Part shown: positions 28,295 to 36,500 of the stretch, piece by piece | How the letters are laid out: each line of letters begins with the position of its first letter | How positions within the stretch are numbered: the first letter of the stretch is position 1 | DNA from: a virus | Length of the DNA stretch: 64,000 nt | Strand: one strand, 5' to 3' | IMG/VR virus record: IMGVR_UViG_3300036795_000116 | Span: 5,318-69,317 of that record | The notes under the pieces: generated by a model | Told to the model about the DNA's origin: nothing | What the model saw: the letters and a program-made list of their open reading frames with translations, nothing else | Databases searched by the model: none | Program-made: the position numbers and the translations under genes

Positions 28295-30667
28295 CTACGT
28301 CGAGCTAGACGACTGGCGGAAGCAGGTCAGAACCATCGGGTCAGCCGGCGACATAGGAGTCGTCATGCTGTTGATCATGTAAGTCCCGTTGACCCTGACG
28401 TTGCTGCAATTGACCTTGATAATGTCGCCCGGTTCGAGCGCCGGCATCGGAACAACTGTCAGCGTCACCGTGTCCGCGCCGCCGAGTGAGTTGTAGAGCG
28501 TCGCGTTCGCGGTATCCTGGGCCTGGTCCTGACTCGTGATCAGCGAGAACGTCAGCCGCTGAGTCACACGCCCATAGGGCCCCAGCACATATGTCGGGCT
28601 GGACGGGTCATCATCGAAAGCCTCAGCGGAGAACGGATTCGCCGTGGACGTCGACTGTCCGACCACCACAATGTCGTTGAACGTCTGCTCAGAGGAGAGT
28701 TCGCGCTCCGCCTCGGAAACGAGCTGAATGGCGTCCTCATCGAACTGCCAGACGGGGTCCCCGACACGCGGATCCGGCACCGGACGGCACACGAAGGTGC
28801 CGACCGCATCGAAGTACGCTTCGTAGCCGATGGCCTGCGCGAGTTCCTGGATGTCCTGCCAGGGATCGCCACCCTGCTGCGCTCCGTAGACCAGCAGTGG
28901 ACACACACGAGTGGTGGTGGAAATGTTGAACGCGGTCTGACTCGGGAGCCTGTTCAGCACCATTGCCTTAATGGCGTCGGAATAGAGCGTACCGCCCGGC
29001 AATGTGAAAGGCATTTGCCAGACATTCCTTTTGATGGCGTAACTCATGTCATTAACATGAATCTTTATTGAGGTGCCGCCACCGGTCTGACCGCCACCAC
29101 GGCTCACCACGCCTGTGGAACCCACAACGTTGGTGGAGGAACCACTACCCGTGGTGCCGGCGGTGGCGTGCACCGTGACCTTGTCGATCATGCCGAAGCC
29201 AATGGGGACGAGTTCATCGTTACTGGCGTCCGTGGAGACGTCGATCTCGAATGAGGTCACCCGGGGTGGCGAGCCATTCAAGAACAGGCGAGGCCCAAGA
29301 AAGACCGTCGGCCCCGGATAGAGCGTCGGAGGCTTCGGCCGTGTCAGGGTGATCTTCGCCAGGACGGACGGGGTGGTGGTGTCACCCTCGCGCAACCGGG
29401 GGATCGGCTGATCGTTGCCCGCCTTATCCCAGCTCGCCCCGTTGTTGATCGAGGTCTCTACGCCAACCGTGGAACCCTCCGGGGTGACGGCGATCCAGCG
29501 CACGATGGAGCCAGTGATCGGCGCACCCGTCAGCGTCACAGGGTCGCTGATCCAATAGCCCAGGTTCGAGTTGAACGCGGTGCTCACGGTGTTGGTAGTG
29601 GTGATGTCGCCGGCCGCGCCGATGACGTTGGGCGAACTGCTGAACGTCGCCCCGGTCACGGTGTTGGTGGTGGTGACGTTGCCCGCGGTGGCGATGACGT
29701 CCGGAGCGGCCTTGAACCAGATCCAGGGCCCGTCGAAGATCGGGTTCACCGCTGGCCCCGCGGTGATGGAGACCGAACCGGTGGACCCCGCGCCCGTGTA
29801 CGACTTCGCCATCGCCATCGCGGATGCGTTCGAGTAGAACGGGAAGTAGGTGGTGCCCGAGCTGCTGGTAGCGACGAGGTTCGTCCACCCGGTCGGGGCG
29901 TCCATCGAAGCGCCCGTGTTCTGGGCGGCCACCCAGGGCGCGCTCGCGCTGTTGTTGCCCGCCGGAGCCGGGTAGCTCGTGACGATATAGACCATCGTGC
30001 CCGCGCCCGGAATGGAGACAGAAGAGGCGGTGTTGATCGAGGACGAGTTCGGGAAGGAGAGCAATCCCCAATCGACCCCAGACCCTGTCCAGGCCGGGTC
30101 TACCCCGCGCACCGTGAAAAAGCACGTGGAGAAGACGCTCATTGCCGCCGGCAGCGAATAGACGATAAAGGTGTTGGTGTCACCCGCGAGTAGTCGCCGC
30201 CACGAGACGCTATACCCGAGTTCCTGATCCCCATCCGTGGGCAGGATGCTCCCCTTGGTATTGAACCCGGGTGGCAGCATCAAGAAGTTAGGCCCGAAGA
30301 AAGTAGTCGGGTTGTCCTGGCTAGCCCTGGTCGCGCCCCAGGACGACGAACCGGAGCCGGAGTCGCTGGTGGACACATTTACGAAACAGCTACCGGACAT
30401 AGACGAACCGCCAGGAGTTCCCGACACGTTGACAGAGCCAGAACCCGAGCCGTGCCCCGAGCCGCTAAAGTTAGCCGAGCCCGCACCAGCCGAGGAGCCG
30501 GTGATCTGCATGTGATACAGATAGAGCGGCTGAAACCACAGCTGGGCGAAAACCCGGATATCGCCGGGTTGCCAGTTAGCCCCTGTCGTGACCGGAATTG
30601 GCTGATCGACGGCCTGCGCGGCTGGCAGGTTCACTTCCATATCGAAGAACTGCAGCTGTGCGGGCAT
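28295..30667 (-). CDS. minor tail/baseplate hub (DUF5047-like C-terminal part) with N-terminal accessory domains
   Basis: ELVPIG, DPWQDIQELAQAIG..YFD..G.FV, NDIVVVG, GPYGRV, PALEPGDII. Confidence 0.8.
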   Translation of the reverse strand: MPAQLQFFDMEVNLPAAQAVDQPIPVTTGANWQPGDIRVFAQLWFQPLYLYHMQITGSSAGAGSANFSGSGHGSGSGSVNVSGTPGGSSMSGSCFVNVSTSDSGSGSSSWGATRASQDNPTTFFGPNFLMLPPGFNTKGSILPTDGDQELGYSVSWRRLLAGDTNTFIVYSLPAAMSVFSTCFFTVRGVDPAWTGSGVDWGLLSFPNSSSINTASSVSIPGAGTMVYIVTSYPAPAGNNSASAPWVAAQNTGASMDAPTGWTNLVATSSSGTTYFPFYSNASAMAMAKSYTGAGSTGSVSITAGPAVNPIFDGPWIWFKAAPDVIATAGNVTTTNTVTGATFSSSPNVIGAAGDITTTNTVSTAFNSNLGYWISDPVTLTGAPITGSIVRWIAVTPEGSTVGVETSINNGASWDKAGNDQPIPRLREGDTTTPSVLAKITLTRPKPPTLYPGPTVFLGPRLFLNGSPPRVTSFEIDVSTDASNDELVPIGFGMIDKVTVHATAGTTGSGSSTNVVGSTGVVSRGGGQTGGGTSIKIHVNDMSYAIKRNVWQMPFTLPGGTLYSDAIKAMVLNRLPSQTAFNISTTTRVCPLLVYGAQQGGDPWQDIQELAQAIGYEAYFDAVGTFVCRPVPDPRVGDPVWQFDEDAIQLVSEAERELSSEQTFNDIVVVGQSTSTANPFSAEAFDDDPSSPTYVLGPYGRVTQRLTFSLITSQDQAQDTANATLYNSLGGADTVTLTVVPMPALEPGDIIKVNCSNVRVNGTYMINSMTTPMSPADPMVLTCFRQSSSST

Positions 30668-30670
30668 TCC

Positions 30671-31129
30671 TCACGCGTCCGTCCAGGTGCCGAGGGTGAC
30701 TTGAAAGGAACCACCCGTGGTAGTGCCGCTGTAATCCATGGTGGCCAGCACTAGACAGCCGGTGTCAGCGGTATCACTAGTGGGCTGGTAGACGAGCGCA
30801 ACCTTGGAGATGGTGTTGTTCACCGCGCCACCAGCGGAATTCCAGATCTGCAGGGCGAACGTGACAGAGACGTTCGTCGGAGAACTACCTGTATTGTGTG
30901 AAACCAGAATCGACGAGGAAGTCAGATTCTTCCGCACATAGTTGTCGAAAGTGGCCTCCTGGGATGTCCCCGCAAGGAGTGCCCCCAGGCTCTGATAATT
31001 CACCAGCGTCGCATCAGCGGCCAAGCCCGTGTTCTGCAACAACACGACCATAATACTGTCGGTGCCTTGCAGTAGCATGCACTTCTCGACGAACCGGCCC
31101 TTGGCGAATGTATTAGCGAGGCTTGCGAT
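30671..31129 (-). CDS. virion structural protein; likely start upstream of ATG 31078
   Basis: Frame open to ATC at 31129 giving ASLANTFAKGR; EATFDNYVRK motif. Confidence 0.7.
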   Translation of the reverse strand: MASLANTFAKGRFVEKCMLLQGTDSIMVVLLQNTGLAADATLVNYQSLGALLAGTSQEATFDNYVRKNLTSSSILVSHNTGSSPTNVSVTFALQIWNSAGGAVNNTISKVALVYQPTSDTADTGCLVLATMDYSGTTTGGSFQVTLGTWTDA

Positions 31130-31142
31130 CTGAACTCACCCC

Positions 31143-31532
31143 TCAAGGGCCGAGCGTAAGCGAACCATCGAATGGGTCGATCTTCACGCTATTCAACATT
31201 CCAGTGGGAGTAGTCGGGGTCCACGAATTCGCCTGGTTATAGACCACACTGAGGATCGACTCGCTCCGGATCCGCACCCCTCGTTTCACCTGCACGAGGG
31301 CCCCGAACGGGGCGAGTGGTGAGGTCATCCCGGTCGGCGCCAAGGTCCCATCGCGGTCGATGACCTCGAACTCGAAGGATCGCATCTGCGCGGCGGTACG
31401 GTCCGCGGTCACCGATCCCGCATGGCACTCCAGGTTGATGGCCAGCTTGCCTTCCCTAAAGACGCTGGCATCAATCACGGCGGTGTGTGACTTCTGAACG
31501 GTCACATCGAACTGCTCGGAACGTCCTTGCAT
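31143..31532 (-). CDS. minor tail protein (DUF5047-like N-terminal part)
   Basis: SEQF...SH, GSVTADRTA..R, LAPFG..V.RGV. Confidence 0.7.
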   Translation of the reverse strand: MQGRSEQFDVTVQKSHTAVIDASVFREGKLAINLECHAGSVTADRTAAQMRSFEFEVIDRDGTLAPTGMTSPLAPFGALVQVKRGVRIRSESILSVVYNQANSWTPTTPTGMLNSVKIDPFDGSLTLGP

Positions 31533-31560
31533 GCACGCCCCTTAATTCAGGCTGATGGGT

Positions 31561-31830
31561 TTAGGCAGGCACGGTGCCCACGAGCACCTGGACGTTCGCG
31601 GACCCGGAGGCGCTGTTATAGAACCCATAGATCTCATCGCCCGCTACCAGGTTGAACGACATCTGGAAGTTCGGCAGCGGCCAGCCGCTGGCGCCCACGC
31701 CCGAATCTCCAATAGTGACGCCCGGAGTGGTGGCTGTCTGGACGTACACGATGGTGTTAGTCGCCTGCGCGGAGACAAGCACAGTGGCAGTTCCGTGCGG
31801 AACAGCGACCGTCTGGCTGAAAAATGCCAT
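31561..31830 (-). CDS. small virion protein
   Basis: Beta-rich, GDEIYG motif. Confidence 0.65.
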   Translation of the reverse strand: MAFFSQTVAVPHGTATVLVSAQATNTIVYVQTATTPGVTIGDSGVGASGWPLPNFQMSFNLVAGDEIYGFYNSASGSANVQVLVGTVPA

Positions 31831-31843
31831 GGTCGAACCTTCC

Positions 31844-33505
31844 CTAGTAGAACGGTGGTGGATCTACCTGCGTGAGAACGAGCTTCCGACGGCGCCAATG
31901 GGTAAGCGTCGGATCGCCAGGAAGCGCGTTGTAGGTCTCTTCCGTGTCCTGGCCACTCGCTCCAGGCCCGGTCACCACCCAGAGTTCGGTGCCGTCCGGC
32001 TTCTGCAGCAGCAAGGTGCCACCGGTCCGGTCGAGTTCATCCACCACAGCCCAGTTCGTCATCGGGTAGTTGGGATCGCCTTCGATGAAAATCAGCTCGA
32101 TCTCATATTCATCGCCATAGGTCGGACCTGAGACAATGAAGGGCAGAACCTGCGAGCCGGCGCCCCCGAGCAGCTGGAAGGCACCTTGCATGCGCCGCTT
32201 AGTAATCTTGATGCCGGCGTCGCTCTGCTTCGGAGCCGCAATCGGAAGAATAACGTTCAACAACGGGTTCGTCGGATCCTTGAGCCAGAACCTGTTATCT
32301 ACCGGCGTCGCGGACAACACATTCGACGGAGCACTCGCGGCCTGCAGTGGATCTCCACCGTAGGAAATCACCCGATACGACGACGTGGTGTTCAAAGGCG
32401 CCACATAATCGTAGGCGGTGACCGACGAGTTCGCATTCGCCGGGAAGTAGGTAAGGCTCGGGATAGCCAACCAGGACTGCCCGCCATCACGGCTGGCCTG
32501 CACCGTGAAGGAAGCCGTCGGGGGGCTCGAACCGCTCGGGATGAACGTGAGCCCGACGCGGTTGTTGGTGTTGTCGTAGATCGCCGACTGCAGGATCGCG
32601 CCCGGCGGTGGTCCTGTGGCGCTTCGGGTCCAGCTCGTCGAGCCGACGGAGGACAGGAATTTGCCGGGCCCACTCCAGGCCGCCTGTGTTTGCACGTAGG
32701 CCACATACTGGCCGTTGGTGAGGTCGATCGTGAGCGTCCACTGCTGAGCTTCGCCAAGTGCGAAACCGTTGGTGCCGTCGATCGGCGTCGTCACGAATGG
32801 GGTGAATCCGGACGCCGTCGTCTGCGCCTGGGTGTAGACAGCGACTTGATAACCCTGTTGTGGCTGGCTGTCCGCCGAGAAGTAGGTCCAGTGCACCGTC
32901 GGCTGGGTGTCCGGGATGACGCCCGTGGGCGCGGTGACCGCCACCGAGGAGACCTGCTGGTAGGTGACGTCGAGATAGACCTCGGAGATGCGCAGCGGCG
33001 AGAACAGGAAAGAGTCACCACGCCCGACGTCGTAGAAGAAGTTGCCCGACTTCAGGTTCGACAGCAGATTCCAGGACTGACCGTCAGGCCCGATCGTGGC
33101 CGTGAAGACGCTCTCGTTCACGAAGGTGTTGGTGTGAGGGTCCGTGGGGCAGTTGGACTGGAAATAAGTCTTGAAGACCTGCGGCGCCTGCCCGACAACG
33201 GAGATCTCCCCGACCAGACACCGGAACCAGTGCAGGCACTGCGGAATCTGGTGGCCGGCCACGATGGTCTGAATGCGACGTCGCAGCCCCACCGAGTAGA
33301 TCTGGGAGCCAAGCGGAACGGTGATCGCGGGGAAGCCGAAGCGCAGCACCTGCGAGTCCAGCCGGCAGAGCCCCGCGTTCAGCTGAACATAGGTGTTGTC
33401 CGAGCCGTCGGAGACCGCCTGCCAGGCGCTGGATGCGGTGACGAATCCCCAGATGCCCAGCTGAACAGCGGAGTTGGGCTGCACGGTGACGGTGGACAGT
33501 GCCAC
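31844..33505 (-). CDS. minor tail (distal-tail-like) protein with Fn3-like domains
   Basis: Directly after the tape measure; DYVAPLN..YRV, WLKDP..P, LLLQ.PDG motifs. Confidence 0.8.
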   Translation of the reverse strand: MALSTVTVQPNSAVQLGIWGFVTASSAWQAVSDGSDNTYVQLNAGLCRLDSQVLRFGFPAITVPLGSQIYSVGLRRRIQTIVAGHQIPQCLHWFRCLVGEISVVGQAPQVFKTYFQSNCPTDPHTNTFVNESVFTATIGPDGQSWNLLSNLKSGNFFYDVGRGDSFLFSPLRISEVYLDVTYQQVSSVAVTAPTGVIPDTQPTVHWTYFSADSQPQQGYQVAVYTQAQTTASGFTPFVTTPIDGTNGFALGEAQQWTLTIDLTNGQYVAYVQTQAAWSGPGKFLSSVGSTSWTRSATGPPPGAILQSAIYDNTNNRVGLTFIPSGSSPPTASFTVQASRDGGQSWLAIPSLTYFPANANSSVTAYDYVAPLNTTSSYRVISYGGDPLQAASAPSNVLSATPVDNRFWLKDPTNPLLNVILPIAAPKQSDAGIKITKRRMQGAFQLLGGAGSQVLPFIVSGPTYGDEYEIELIFIEGDPNYPMTNWAVVDELDRTGGTLLLQKPDGTELWVVTGPGASGQDTEETYNALPGDPTLTHWRRRKLVLTQVDPPPFY

Positions 33506-33536
33506 AGAAAGCCCCCTATCAAGTTGTGAACGGGCA

Positions 33537-33573
33537 CGGCTGGCCTCTGGGACGAGTCGCCAGAGGCCAGCCG
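33537..33573 (-). terminator. hairpin after tape measure gene
   Basis: 14-bp inverted repeat CGGCTGGCCTCTGG/CCAGAGGCCAGCCG. Confidence 0.7.
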
Positions 33574-33576
33574 CTA

Positions 33577-36500
33577 TTAGCCGCGCTGAGACAGAATTGA
33601 ATTCACGATATCGTTGTTGTTCGAGTTGATCGCCGTATTAATCTTCGTGTCGATCAACTGACCATCCAGATAAACGTGGTTCGTCACCTGAACGGGCTGC
33701 GCCGCATTACCACCCATGCTCACCATGCCGGCACTACCAGAAGCGGTGTTGTAGTACTCCGCACCTGATCCCGCCGGGCCGAGCAGTCCCGCCTTACCCA
33801 GCGCGGTCACGGCCGTCGACGACCCGACCGCCGGGCTAGTCAGCGCCGAATACATCGAGGTAGACAGGGTAGTGTCGATGCCGGTGGTCATGCTGCGCGC
33901 CCAGATCGAGCCAACCATCAGCCCGGAGCTGTCCGCGAGGCCCTTGGTGCCATCCGAGGCCGCCTGCACAGCGGACCCAAAACCACCCACCATGTTCTCG
34001 TCGAACAACCAGTCAGAGAACGGGATGAAGTTCGGCTGGACCTTGAGCCCATTCAGCCAGCGGGTGAGCCCGATCGAATAGCCCTGATTGACAGCGCCGG
34101 TCGAGAGCCCCTGCTGGAGCTGCATGGATGCGATCTGCCCGAGCGACGCACTGCCTTCGGCCATCACCGAAACACCATTCTTCAGACCGTGACTGAAGCC
34201 CTTGACCGCGTTGCCACCGATCTCATAGAAGACCTTCGAAGGCGACGCGATCCCGAGTGAGTTGCGCACCGTGGAGACGGCACTTTGAGCCATCATCGCG
34301 GCGGCCTCAGTCACCTGGGCCTGGTTCTGCTGCATGCCCTGGCTCATGCCCTGAGCAACAGCCTGACCCATCTGATGCGACTGGTTGTGGATCTCCGGCA
34401 TGTTGTCCGCGGCGAGATGGTCGATACTCCCCATGTGCTCATGCTCTTCGTGGCGGTCCCGATCGTGGCGCCGACGACCGTGACGGCCCCCATGGTGGCC
34501 ACCTCGGCCGTCATGGTCATCATCGTCGTGATCACCATGGCCGCCGTGTCGGTCGTGATCGCCGTGATGACCGTGTCCGCGACCGCCGGGGTGTTCCGCC
34601 CACCAGGGGTTGTACCCGGTGTAGGGCGGGTTACCGCCGCTGCCGGAACCACTGCCGGAGCCGCCGCCGGAGCCGCTGCCGAACATCCAGCCCATGTGGT
34701 CCTCGTGACGACCCCAGTCGCCGCCACCCCAGCCGCCGCCGCGACCCCAGCCGCCGTGGCCGCCGCCGTCGTGACCGCCGCCCCAACCGCGCCCGAAGCC
34801 GCGATCAGCTAGCCGGTCAGCGAAACGTTCGGCCATTCGGTCGCCGTCGTCGCCCCAGCCACCGCCGCCACCGCCGCCGTGACCACCACCGTGGTGATCA
34901 TCGTCGTCGCGGTCATGGCGTCCGTGGTGACGACCGTGGTGGCCATCGTGATCGTCGTCGTCGTGGTCGCCGTGGTGGCCGCCGTGATGACCCCAGCCGT
35001 GACGCCCGTGACCCCAGCCGTGGATGCCGTGACTCCGGCCCCAGGGACCGCCAAGGCCTGAACCGCCCCCACTACCCGAGCCGCCGCCGCCTCCCGAGCT
35101 GCCTCCGCCGCCGCCGGAACCACCAGGACCCCCCATGCCCCAGTCGTTCCACCAGTCACGGCCCCACTCATCGCGGCCATGACTGATCGCGTCGCGGATC
35201 ATGTCCCGCATCGCGCGACCCGGACCGTGGTTGTCCCGGATGCCGCGAGCGAAGCCCTCCGAGGTTTCCCAACCGTGTCCCATCGTGACCCGCGAAGGCG
35301 ACTTGATGCCCAGCGCCGTGGCCAGCGCGACACCCGAGTTGGCACCCAGGTTGGCAGCGGCTGTCACACCAGCACCAGCACCGCCGTCGACACCAGCGGT
35401 GAAGCCTGTGGCGAACTCGCCGCCCGCCTTGCCGCCCGCGGTGCCTGGGTCACTACCCGCCGGGGAACCCGCAACCTTACCGGCGGAGCCATCGACGGCC
35501 GCACCCTTAGCGGGAGGTGCCTCACCACCGGACTTGTTGAAGGTAGTGGAGTTCTGGCCCCTAGTCGGGTCACCCCACCCCTGCGGCTTCGTGGCGGGAT
35601 TGAACCCCGACGCGAGCGTGCCGGGCGCGGAGTTGGTTGGCCCCATGCCGAGTGCGGCGTTGTTGCGGTCGTCCTTGATCTGTTGCGGCGTCTTACCCTG
35701 CATCACGGCCAGGGTCGAATCCGACTGATCAGCCAGATGCTTGTTCATCTGGCCTTGCTTGTAGGCCTGCATCGAGGTCTGACCCCCGACCGGATTGATA
35801 TCCATGCCGGCCGCATTCATCGCCTGGTTGCGGTTATCTTCCTCCGTCTTATTATTCTTGTCCTGAATCGCTTGCTTGGTCTGCATGTAGCCCGCGACGG
35901 AGTCAATGGTGCTCTGGTTCCAACCGCGCCCCACCGCCATGGCCTGAGCCGTGACCATCGCCCTCTCTTCAGGCGTGAGCTGCTTCCCTGAAGAGGTAGT
36001 CGTGGGCGGAGGCTGAGTTGCCGCCGTCGCGGTCGGCGTGGTCGTCAATGCTGGCGGCATGTTCGCCAAGTTCTGCTGGGCCAGCGTCGAGTTCAGGCTA
36101 TTCATGTTGTCGGTCGCCGCTGGCGGCGGCGGTGGCGGGGTTTCCACGCCCGGCATCTTGACCGGGTCCGGGTTCCAGGCGTTCTCGTGCGCGGTCTGCA
36201 TGTCGTTGGTCAGGTTCGTGACCGCGGAGATCGTGCCGTCCGAGTTGCGCATCAGGCCAAGCTGCAGACCCGAGCCCGCCGACTGGCCAAGGGCCATGAA
36301 CTCTTGCGACGGCGAGTGAGCGTCCAGACCCTTCGCACCCGCCGAGATCATGCCCTGCGCCATCTCGTGAGTCGCATCAGCGGCATCGCCCGCGCCACCC
36401 CGAACACCCAGAGCCATACCCTGTGCGGTGAACGCGCCAAGTGCCTGGAACACCTTCGATGGCGACGCGACGCCCAGAGGCTTGGTAGCACAGTTGACCA

